A DNA stretch of 32,000 nt, taken from positions 1 through 32,000 of the forward strand of contig OW818668.1 in assembly GCA_942493105.1 (NCBI GenBank). Direction: 5' to 3'. A model generated the notes under the pieces. It was given only the letters and a program-made list of their open reading frames with translations, was not told the origin of the DNA and made no database searches. Each line of letters opens with the position of its first letter. Position 1 is the first letter of the stretch. Origin of the DNA: an uncultured Erysipelotrichaceae bacterium. GTDB lineage: Bacteria > Bacillota_I > Bacilli_A > Erysipelotrichales > Erysipelotrichaceae. The translations under genes were made by a program, and so were the position numbers. This document shows, piece after piece, positions 24,663 through 32,000 of this stretch.

Positions 24663-25696
24663 AATTTCCCCTCTGTTTTTGCCCTTAACTGACCACAGGC
24701 AGCATCGATGTCTGATCCATGCTCCTGCCTCAAAGTACATTTTACCCCAGATTTCATCAATTTGTCATAAAACTTCATGGCTTGAACAAATCCAACTTGT
24801 TTATATCCATGTTCATCCACCACATTATAAGGAATCAAATTGACATAGGCATTCATGCCTTTAATCAGTTTAGATAATTGCTGTACGTGAACATCTTGGT
24901 CATTGACATCTTTCAGTAAGATGTACTCAAAGGTCAAGCGACGATTGTTTTCTTCACTATAGGCTTTTAATGAAGCCATGAGGTCTTTTAAAGGATAGGC
25001 TTTGTTGATCGGCATTAGTTGACTTCTGAGTTCATCATTTGGGGCATGTAAAGATACAGCCAAGTTAAACTGTGTATGTTCTTTTGAGAATTGATTGATT
25101 CTTGGAATGATACCGCATGTTGATACTGTGATGTGTCGTGCTCCAATGGCTAAGCCAAAGTCATGATTGATGGTCTTCATAAATCTCATCACGTTGTCGT
25201 AATTATCGAAAGGTTCACCAGAACCCATGACCACCACATGTGATACCCGCTCTTGTGTCTTGTCCAATTCATGCTGAATGGCCATAACTTGAGCCACCAA
25301 TTCACCCGAACTTAAATCACGATCTTTTTTTAGTAAACCGCTGGCACAAAACGTACAGCCCATATTACAGCCCACTTGCGAAGTCACACAAACGGAATTA
25401 CCATAATCATAGATCATCAAGACGGTCTCAACCAAAGACCCATCTAATAGTCTGTAAAGACACTTAACTGTACCATCTTTTGATTCTTGTCTTTTAACTA
25501 ACTTTAAAGGATCAATGATGAAATGTTCTTTTAAAAGAGCGATCATATCTTTAGGCAGATCACTCATTTGTTCAAAATCAAGGGCTCTTTTTTGATAAAG
25601 CCACTGAAATATCTGTTTACTTCGATAAGATTTTAAACCTTGGTCTAATACCCATTGGTTTAAATCTTCAAGACTTAAATCATAAATAAGTTTCAT
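24659..25696 (-). CDS. rlmN: 23S rRNA/tRNA adenine-C2 methyltransferase RlmN (radical SAM)
   Basis: 345 aa. Contains CVTSQVGCNMGCTFCASG (CxxxCxxC) and GSGEP. Confidence 0.9.
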   Translation of the reverse strand: MKLIYDLSLEDLNQWVLDQGLKSYRSKQIFQWLYQKRALDFEQMSDLPKDMIALLKEHFIIDPLKLVKRQESKDGTVKCLYRLLDGSLVETVLMIYDYGNSVCVTSQVGCNMGCTFCASGLLKKDRDLSSGELVAQVMAIQHELDKTQERVSHVVVMGSGEPFDNYDNVMRFMKTINHDFGLAIGARHITVSTCGIIPRINQFSKEHTQFNLAVSLHAPNDELRSQLMPINKAYPLKDLMASLKAYSEENNRRLTFEYILLKDVNDQDVHVQQLSKLIKGMNAYVNLIPYNVVDEHGYKQVGFVQAMKFYDKLMKSGVKCTLRQEHGSDIDAACGQLRAKTEGKL

Positions 25697-25705
25697 ATCA
25701 ACAGT

Positions 25706-25714
25706 ATTTTATCA
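25706..25714 (-). promoter_or_regulatory. candidate internal extended -10 promoter just upstream of rlmN
   Basis: Minus strand TGaTAAAAT-actgttgat-ATG. No SD in the 22-nt rsmB-rlmN gap. Confidence 0.35.
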
Positions 25715-25718
25715 TACT

Positions 25719-26969
25719 TTATTTTAAGCGTTTCAGTTTAGCCATATAAAAACCATCAGAGTCACACTCATAAGGCAAGATCAAACGTTCATCGACAAGG
25801 ATATAATTGGGATGATGACTTAGAAAGTTGACGATTTGAAGCTCATTTTCTTTTCGATTTAAAGTACAGGTAGAATATACTAAGGTTCCGTTTATTTTCG
25901 TTAAGTCTGCGATTGAATCCAACAACTGAAATTGAAGCGTTACCAATTCATCCAAAGTCTCTGGCTTTAAATGAATCTTGATGTCTGGTTTATGACGCAA
26001 GACACCCAGTCCTGAACAAGGCGCATCAATCAAGATCACATCAAAAGGCTGAGGTTTTTTGTCTTTCAGCACTCTTCCATCGATACACAAGATTTCTAGA
26101 TTGGTGACCCCTAAAAGCTGGGCTTGTTTTTCAACCAACTCTAAACGTGAGGCATACAGATCACAAGCCAAGATCGATCCTGTATTGTTCATTAAAGCTG
26201 CCATGGCCGTTGATTTAGAGCCCGGAGCGCTACAAAGATCCAGGACCCGATCATGTGGCTTAACATCACTAAAATGCGCAACCAACTGCGAAGATTCGTC
26301 TTGGATGACGATTTTACCTTCTTTAAACCATTCTGTATTTAAAAGGGATAAAGAATCACTTCTGATCGACAAAGGACTTAAGTATCCTCTTTGGATATTT
26401 TTATCTGCATAGATTTCTTTGGGATCGACTTTTAAGGTATTGATACGGGCACACAAAGGGGCTTCTTGATTCAAAGCTGTGGCAATTTGATAAGCCACAT
26501 CTTGTCCATAGTGTTTGATCCAAAGTTTATAGATCCACAAAGGCATTGATAAGTTTAAAGCTTGGGTCTCGATTTCATCTTTTCCAATCAGTTCTTGTTG
26601 ACCACGTTGTGTTACTTTTCTTAAGACCGCATTGACCATTCCGGCTGAACTGATATGGTCTGTCTTTGCGAGTTCTACGCTTTCATCAACGATCGCATAA
26701 TCAGGCAAGCGATCAAAATAAAACAGTTGGATGATCGCTAAATCTAAGATCAAAGCTACCTTCTCTTTGGGTTTATTCTCAACCAGATCGATCCATTGGG
26801 CACGTGCTGAAATTTGATGTCTTAAAGTGGTATACACCAAAGCACTGATCAAGTTCTTATCTTGATCAGAATAATTTTGTAGACGCTGTTTTAAGGCCAA
26901 ATTCGCAAACTGACCATTTAAAACCACATCGCATAAGATCGCATGCGCTAAAGCTCTTGGATTTTTCAT
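25719..26969 (-). CDS. rsmB: 16S rRNA m5C967 methyltransferase RsmB
   Basis: 416 aa. N-terminal NusB-like domain, then a SAM methyltransferase core (DLCSAPGSKS, DAPCSGLGV, YSTCT). Confidence 0.9.
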   Translation of the reverse strand: MKNPRALAHAILCDVVLNGQFANLALKQRLQNYSDQDKNLISALVYTTLRHQISARAQWIDLVENKPKEKVALILDLAIIQLFYFDRLPDYAIVDESVELAKTDHISSAGMVNAVLRKVTQRGQQELIGKDEIETQALNLSMPLWIYKLWIKHYGQDVAYQIATALNQEAPLCARINTLKVDPKEIYADKNIQRGYLSPLSIRSDSLSLLNTEWFKEGKIVIQDESSQLVAHFSDVKPHDRVLDLCSAPGSKSTAMAALMNNTGSILACDLYASRLELVEKQAQLLGVTNLEILCIDGRVLKDKKPQPFDVILIDAPCSGLGVLRHKPDIKIHLKPETLDELVTLQFQLLDSIADLTKINGTLVYSTCTLNRKENELQIVNFLSHHPNYILVDERLILPYECDSDGFYMAKLKRLK

Positions 26970-29110
26970 AGGACCGCCATGGGGTTTACATCCGCAACGA
27001 CTTCGGACTTCGTTGATTTCTGATTTAAAACAAGACTTGCTTGATCTCTTAAGTAAGACAGATCTTTACCTTTAAGGATCAAACGATATCGATAAATATC
27101 TTTGAGCTTACCTAAATCAGCTGGTCCTAAGACTTCGATACCCAATTGCTTAAATGTCTCAAACATCGCAAAGGCTTCACTTTGGGCTGTTATTTCTTCT
27201 TTATGGGTCAAAGTAATGTAGATAAGGTACGTATAAGGTGGATTTTGACCGAGTTGACGATAACTCATTTCTTTATGGAAGAAGGCCGGATAATCATGTT
27301 TGATGGCCAGTTTGATGGCGTAATGATCCTTGAGGGCACTTTGAAAGATGACCTCGCCTTGGATTTTACCGCGACCGCTTCTTCCTGCTGCTTGAACCAT
27401 CAAATCAAAGGCATCTTCAACACTTCTATAGTCTGTTCTCAACAAAGATTTATCGATATCTAAAATCAAAGATAAGGTCACATTTGGAATATCCAAGCCT
27501 TTGGCGATCATCTGGGTTCCACATAAGATATCTGCCTGATGATTTTGAAAAGCATCTAAGATCTCTTCATGGGCATGTTTGCGCGTGGTAGAGTCTGAAT
27601 CCATGCGTAAGACTTTGGCATTTGGGAAGAGTCGATGAAGTTCCCCTTCAACTCTTTGTGTTCCGATCCCAATCATCCTTAATTCATCATGGCCACAAAC
27701 CGGACACACATGGATCAGTGGGGTTTGATAATCACAACTATGACACTTTAAAAGATGCGATTCTTTATGGACACTTAATAAACGATCACAATGAGGACAA
27801 GATACGGAACTGAAACATTGCAGACATTGATACACTGGGGCATAACCTCTGCGATTCAATAAGATGATGATTTGTTGATGAAGATCTAATCGCTTTTGAA
27901 TGGCCATAACAGCTTGCGGAGAAAAAATAGGATTGAAACGAAAATCAGGAGGGACAACAGTCACTGTCGGTAAGATCCCACTGATACGCTGTGGTAATTG
28001 AACTAAGCCATATACCCCTTTTAAGGCTCTGGCATAGGTCTCAAAGCTTGGTGTAGCTGAACCTAGTATTACTTTACATCCAAAGTGTTTGGCCCTAAGG
28101 ATCGCAATATCTCGGCTATGGTAGCGTGGGGTAGATTCTTGTTTATAGGAATGATCATGCTCTTCATCTAAGACAATGATGTCTAATCGATCAAAGGGTA
28201 ACCATACGGCAGAACGTGTTCCAACGACGACCAGACTTTCTTTTGAAAGCACACGTTGATATTGCAGGTAACGTTCATGATCACTGAGATGAGAATGATA
28301 GACGATGACATCTTGACCAAAACGATCTTGGACACGTTTGATCATCAGTGGCGTCAAGGCAATTTCAGGAACCAAGATCAATGCTTGTTTATTCGATAAC
28401 ATCGCATCTTCAGCAAGCTTTAAATAGAGCTCTGTTTTACCGCTTCCAGTTGGTCCATATAAACAAAGAACCGACTGAGATGATGTCTTAATGGCTTCAT
28501 AGGCATTGTTTTGAGCTTGACTTAAGGCATAAGGAATCTTGATTTTTTCATAGGGCTTAGGTGAATAATTCATTTCACGATCATAGGTAGAACAATGTCC
28601 ATTTTTGATTAATGTATCTAACGGTGTTCCAAATTCTTTTTTAAGGGCGGTATAAGGCTGATCCATGTTTCTTAAGGCATCAAGGATTGCCTTTTGTCTT
28701 TCCGAAGATTTAAGTGGTTCACTTTCAAAATGGACCACACGCTCAATTCTTGCGATCTTTGAGGCGGAATTGGGTTTAAGTACTTTAGGCAACATGGTTT
28801 GATAACAGGCCATGACACTGCTTAATGTTTCTAAGGCGACTTGTTCACCCAACTGTAAAAGTTCATCATTGAGGATCGGTAAAGGATCGATGACTTCAAG
28901 AATGGGTTTTAAGGTGATTTTTTGATCAAGATAAGACTTTTCAATGTCTGATGTGTATTCTTTACATCCTACGACCATGGCAATACAGATTTGATTGTGG
29001 AAGTTGACTTTGACTCGTGTTCCTTTATGAACAGCTTGCATATGAAGATAACTGAAACGAGTATTCAGTTTAATGGTTTTGTGTTCGATATAGACATCAA
29101 GAATGGTCAT
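26966..29110 (-). CDS. priA: primosomal replication-restart helicase PriA
   Basis: Start moved to MTILDVYIEH (ATG at 29110); the track ORF starts at an upstream TTG. Walker A GPTGSGKT, DEEH box, and a Cys-rich zinc region (CLQC...CPHC...CHSC...CPVC). Confidence 0.9.
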   Translation of the reverse strand: MTILDVYIEHKTIKLNTRFSYLHMQAVHKGTRVKVNFHNQICIAMVVGCKEYTSDIEKSYLDQKITLKPILEVIDPLPILNDELLQLGEQVALETLSSVMACYQTMLPKVLKPNSASKIARIERVVHFESEPLKSSERQKAILDALRNMDQPYTALKKEFGTPLDTLIKNGHCSTYDREMNYSPKPYEKIKIPYALSQAQNNAYEAIKTSSQSVLCLYGPTGSGKTELYLKLAEDAMLSNKQALILVPEIALTPLMIKRVQDRFGQDVIVYHSHLSDHERYLQYQRVLSKESLVVVGTRSAVWLPFDRLDIIVLDEEHDHSYKQESTPRYHSRDIAILRAKHFGCKVILGSATPSFETYARALKGVYGLVQLPQRISGILPTVTVVPPDFRFNPIFSPQAVMAIQKRLDLHQQIIILLNRRGYAPVYQCLQCFSSVSCPHCDRLLSVHKESHLLKCHSCDYQTPLIHVCPVCGHDELRMIGIGTQRVEGELHRLFPNAKVLRMDSDSTTRKHAHEEILDAFQNHQADILCGTQMIAKGLDIPNVTLSLILDIDKSLLRTDYRSVEDAFDLMVQAAGRSGRGKIQGEVIFQSALKDHYAIKLAIKHDYPAFFHKEMSYRQLGQNPPYTYLIYITLTHKEEITAQSEAFAMFETFKQLGIEVLGPADLGKLKDIYRYRLILKGKDLSYLRDQASLVLNQKSTKSEVVADVNPMAVL

Positions 29111-29116
29111 ACAACC

Positions 29117-29125
29117 ATTATAACA
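29117..29125 (-). promoter_or_regulatory. extended -10 element 6 nt from the priA ATG (leaderless type)
   Basis: Minus strand TGtTATAAT-ggttgt-ATG. No SD. Confidence 0.4.
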
Positions 29126-29153
29126 AACCTCAAGCCAAACAAGAAATAAGCCG

Positions 29154-29162
29154 TGATATAAT
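29154..29162 (+). promoter_or_regulatory. extended -10 promoter of the YcxB-like gene
   Basis: TGaTATAAT (within GTGATATAAT), about 25 nt upstream of the ATG. SD GGGGA. Confidence 0.45.
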
Positions 29163-29187
29163 GAAAACAACTTGACTGGGGAACATT

Positions 29188-29769
29188 ATGACAGAACAGA
29201 TCGATGAATATAAAATCATTGCGGATACCAATATCGAAGAGAAAGACTGGGTTACTTTTTATCGTTTCAGTATGCATCGGGGAAAACACAATACTTTGGT
29301 CAGTCGTTTCTTTATGGTCTTTTGGATAATAGTAGGACCTTCGCTTTTGATTTTTGATTTGTACTATTTTGGATTTAAATATGGATCTTATTTATATTTG
29401 ATGGATATTTTTGATTGGTTCATGGCATTAATTCCATTATTTTTTGCGATTCTATATTTCTACACAAGGAATACTGCAGGTAAACGCTCTTATCGAAAAA
29501 GCAAGTCGACCAAAGGTCTTAAATATCATTATGAGTTTGGACTTACTGAATTTACAGCAGCCTATGTCAATGATGTGTCTTCAGGATCTAACACAGCAAA
29601 ATATTCTTTGTTATTCAAAGTCTACGAAACCAAGGATTACTTCTATCTCTATATCAATCGGCGTAGTGCGTTTATCCTAAATAAAGCATCGCTTGAGCCA
29701 CAGGATGCCTTGGAGCTTAGATCACGACTTCAAAAAGTTCTACGCAAGAAAGTCATCATCAGTACTTAA
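29188..29769 (+). CDS. YcxB-like membrane protein
   Basis: 193 aa. Two central TM helices, with a C-terminal YFYLYINRRSAFILNKASL...LR..L pattern typical of YcxB-family proteins. Confidence 0.65.
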   Translation: MTEQIDEYKIIADTNIEEKDWVTFYRFSMHRGKHNTLVSRFFMVFWIIVGPSLLIFDLYYFGFKYGSYLYLMDIFDWFMALIPLFFAILYFYTRNTAGKRSYRKSKSTKGLKYHYEFGLTEFTAAYVNDVSSGSNTAKYSLLFKVYETKDYFYLYINRRSAFILNKASLEPQDALELRSRLQKVLRKKVIIST

Positions 29770-29775
29770 CAAACA

Positions 29776-29808
29776 AAAAGCGGACTTCAATCTTTGAAGT
29801 CCGCTTTT
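29776..29808. terminator. bidirectional terminator between the ycxB-like gene and gmk
   Basis: Perfect 11-bp stem GCGGACTTCAA-tct-TTGAAGTCCGC, flanked by AAAA and TTTT. Confidence 0.7.
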
Positions 29809-29822
29809 ATTTTGTATACAAA

Positions 29823-30386
29823 TTATTCCATGTGTCTTTTTATAATAAGGCTGATGATCTGAGCCGCTAAATGCGGATCATCATTACATACGATGAATTT
29901 ATAAGAACCAAGTCTTTCCATTTCTTTACTGGCTTTAGCCAAGCGTAACTGAACGATTTCTTCGGTTTCACTGCGACGGCCGCGGATACGTTTTTCAAGT
30001 TCTTCGATGGAAGGCGGAACGATGAATATGGTCAAGGCATCATGGACTTTAGAGATGACTTGATTGGCGCCTTCAACTTCAATTTCCAATAAAACATTCT
30101 TGCCTTGTTTACGCAGATCATCCACATATTTTTTTGGAGTACCATAATAATTCCCTACAAATTCAGCGTGTTCTAGCAAATCATTGTTGGCAATCGCTTT
30201 TTCAAAAGTTGGTCGATCAACAAAGAAATACTCGACTCCGTTGGTTTCATTGTCGCGTCTTTGACGAGTCGTCATGGAGACACTGTATGCAATGTTGAGC
30301 TCTGGGTCTTTACAAAATAATTCACGCACGGTGCCCTTGCCTACGCCGCTGGGTCCGCTTAATATGATCAGTAGTCCTTTTTTCAT
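29823..30386 (-). CDS. gmk: guanylate kinase
   Basis: 187 aa. P-loop GPSGVGKGT, plus YSVSMTTRQRRDNETNGVEYFF. Confidence 0.95.
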   Translation of the reverse strand: MKKGLLIILSGPSGVGKGTVRELFCKDPELNIAYSVSMTTRQRRDNETNGVEYFFVDRPTFEKAIANNDLLEHAEFVGNYYGTPKKYVDDLRKQGKNVLLEIEVEGANQVISKVHDALTIFIVPPSIEELEKRIRGRRSETEEIVQLRLAKASKEMERLGSYKFIVCNDDPHLAAQIISLIIKRHME

Positions 30387-30407
30387 GATGTCCCTCTATT
30401 TCATAAA

Positions 30408-30436
30408 ATCATACCTATCTAAAGCGCATAAGTCAA
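30408..30436 (-). promoter_or_regulatory. promoter of gmk
   Basis: Minus strand TTGACT-17 nt-TATGAT, with SD AGAGGGA downstream. Confidence 0.5.
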
Positions 30437-30440
30437 GTTA

Positions 30441-30449
30441 TGCTATAAT
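30441..30449 (+). promoter_or_regulatory. extended -10 promoter of rqcH (near-leaderless)
   Basis: TGcTATAAT-ctttttagtt-ATG. No SD. Confidence 0.4.
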
Positions 30450-30459
30450 CTTTTTAGTT

Positions 30460-32000
30460 ATGGCCATCGACGGAATCGTATTAAACAAGATAAGCACTGA
30501 GCTTTCTAGCCTGTGTCCTTTCAAAATCAACAAAATCAATCACCTCTCTGATAGTGAGATTTTACTGACCTGTAAATCAGCACGGATGAAATTTCAACTC
30601 TTGATCTCATGTCATTCCGTTTTTAATCGTTTACAGATCACATCCCATGAATATCGCTTGCCTTCTGAACCGACAGCTTTTGTGATGCTTTTAAGAAAAC
30701 ACATTGAAGATGCGACTGTGGTCAAGATCACTCAGGCAGGCTTAGATCGAGTGGTTCAATTTGATCTGCGATTAAGAAATGATCTGGGTGATTCCATCAT
30801 CATGACTTTATACATTGAACTGATGGGCAAATATGCCAATGTGATTTTAGTTGATGCATCTAATAAGATCGTAGATGCATTAAAGCGAATCCCGCCTTTT
30901 GAGAATAATCGCAGGACGATTACCCCGACTGCCTTATATGTCCCCATTGAAGCTCATGATAAAAAAGATCCTTTTACAATATTTTCGATTGATCCTCATC
31001 TGCCAATCGCATCTCAGTTTCATGGTTTTTCACCACTCTTAGGTAGAGAAATTGAACATCGTTTACTTCATCAGACTTTTGAGTCTATCATCACAGAGAT
31101 CAAAAATTCGCATCAGCTTTATATCTATGACCGTGATTTCCACATCATCGAATTGACTCATTTGAATCAAACTCCCAAAGTCATGGATTTGATGGAAGGA
31201 CTCGATGAGGTTCATCATCGTAAAGAAGAAAATGAACGCATCAAACAACATACCGGAGATTTGATACGCTTTATCACCAAAGAAATCAAAAAGAATGAAT
31301 CCAAATTGATCAAACTTCAAGAATCTTTAGAAGAAGCTTTGGATTGTGATAAGTATAGGGTATTAGGAGACCATCTTTTAGCCTATGGTTATCAAATGAC
31401 CAAAGGCATGAAACAAATAGAAGTGCTGAATTTTGAAACCAATGAACCTTTAATGATTCCACTTGATGAGAAACAAGATCTAAAAGGCAATGTTCGTAAA
31501 CTCTTTCAAAAATACACCAAAGGTAAAAAAGGACAAGAACATATTGCCCATCAGATTCAACTGACTGAAAATGAAATCGAATACTTCAAAATCTTGTTTG
31601 ATCAGATTGCTTATGCCAGTTTACCCGATGCTTTAGAAATCAGACAAGAACTCAGTGATAAAGGCTATCTCAAAGCCATTACCGATAAACGTCGTAAGAA
31701 GATGACCCCTGCTTATCAGCATTTAACTTTAGACAATGGGATCCAGATCTATTACGGCAAAAATAACATTCAAAATGATTTGATTACTTTTAAGTTGGCG
31801 AAACGCAATGATACCTTCTGTCATGTGAAGGATTTCCATGGGGCACATGTGATCATTCAGCATGATTCACCTGATGAAATGACCTTAAGATCAGCAGCTC
31901 AAATTGCCCTGTATTACTCCAAAGCACGTCATTCATCAACGGTTGGAGTCAACTATTGCCCAATCCATCAAGTTAAGAAAATACCTTCTGGTAACCTTGG
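30460..32000 (+). CDS. rqcH: ribosome quality-control protein RqcH (NFACT / FbpA family), 5' partial
   Basis: Hand translation stays open from the ATG at 30460 to the window end (513 codons): MAIDGIVLNKISTELSSL..., ELMGKYANVILVD, a coiled-coil middle region, and HVKDFHGAHVII (NFACT-R). Absent from the ORF track because there is no stop in the window. Confidence 0.85.
   Translation, partial: MAIDGIVLNKISTELSSLCPFKINKINHLSDSEILLTCKSARMKFQLLISCHSVFNRLQITSHEYRLPSEPTAFVMLLRKHIEDATVVKITQAGLDRVVQFDLRLRNDLGDSIIMTLYIELMGKYANVILVDASNKIVDALKRIPPFENNRRTITPTALYVPIEAHDKKDPFTIFSIDPHLPIASQFHGFSPLLGREIEHRLLHQTFESIITEIKNSHQLYIYDRDFHIIELTHLNQTPKVMDLMEGLDEVHHRKEENERIKQHTGDLIRFITKEIKKNESKLIKLQESLEEALDCDKYRVLGDHLLAYGYQMTKGMKQIEVLNFETNEPLMIPLDEKQDLKGNVRKLFQKYTKGKKGQEHIAHQIQLTENEIEYFKILFDQIAYASLPDALEIRQELSDKGYLKAITDKRRKKMTPAYQHLTLDNGIQIYYGKNNIQNDLITFKLAKRNDTFCHVKDFHGAHVIIQHDSPDEMTLRSAAQIALYYSKARHSSTVGVNYCPIHQVKKIPSGNL

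Noticed and set aside
29111-29170. N-terminal extensions of track ORFs: priA here, and likewise 2487..2519 rnfG, 8005..8034 pgi, 10680..10703 zinc-ribbon gene, 14884..14907 nadE, 16890..16922 92-aa gene, 19935..19955 rpmB, 24663..24740 stp
   Set aside because: Each extension precedes an internal ATG that matches the conserved family N-terminus. That ATG also has an SD, an ATGA coupling or an adjacent -10 box. Some extensions start at TTG and run through promoter or terminator DNA.
30756-31320. Two minus-strand ORFs (30756..30947, 31063..31320)
   Set aside because: Antisense to the continuous 513-codon rqcH reading frame, which has clear NFACT motifs.
1-32000. Mobile elements, prophage, CRISPR arrays, defence islands, tRNA/rRNA genes
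   Set aside because: No transposase, integrase or recombinase-like ORF. No array of short direct repeats. No intergenic region is long enough or structured like a tRNA or rRNA. Every gap over 100 nt is explained by promoters or terminators, or is plain AT-rich DNA.
1-32000. Mycoplasma/Spiroplasma genetic code (TGA = Trp)
   Set aside because: TGA ends many well-delimited genes at family-typical lengths and forms eight ATGA stop/start overlaps, and Trp positions in conserved proteins use TGG. The standard bacterial code applies.

Overview
Gene-dense, AT-rich chromosomal core segment of a low-GC Bacillota-like bacterium. It uses the standard genetic code: TGA acts as a stop and takes part in eight ATGA start/stop overlaps. 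Almost all genes are on the minus strand. Left to right: (1) an atypical rnf operon (rnfC-D-G-E-A, an unlisted 59-aa Cys-rich membrane ORF, then a truncated rnfB), divergent from a lipoprotein ApbE flavin transferase; (2) an S1-domain protein coupled to a frameshifted pgi; (3) a PAP2-like membrane protein and an Nfu-type Fe-S protein; (4) a MaoC-dehydratase/SDR pair; (5) a rubredoxin-type zinc-ribbon protein; (6) type III glutamine synthetase, convergent with GNAT + glutamine-dependent NAD synthetase; (7) a four-gene DUF2089/SHOCT-like operon, one gene of which (39 aa) is unlisted; (8) an orphan 145-aa gene; (9) ftsA-ftsZ and rpmB; (10) the conserved thiN-rpe-rsgA-prkC(frameshifted)-stp-rlmN-rsmB-priA block; (11) a YcxB-like membrane protein, gmk, and the first 513 codons of rqcH. 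I saw no tRNA, rRNA, CRISPR, transposase, integrase or phage genes. The most unusual content is the rnf/apbE locus: an extra FMN-binding domain fused to RnfD, three flavinylation motifs, and an RnfB lacking its ferredoxin-type domains. Other points of note are a recurrent leaderless promoter-ATG module, two single-base frameshifts in normally conserved genes, and the repeat-built DUF2089 operon. All calls come from reading the sequence and ORF translations; no database search was possible.
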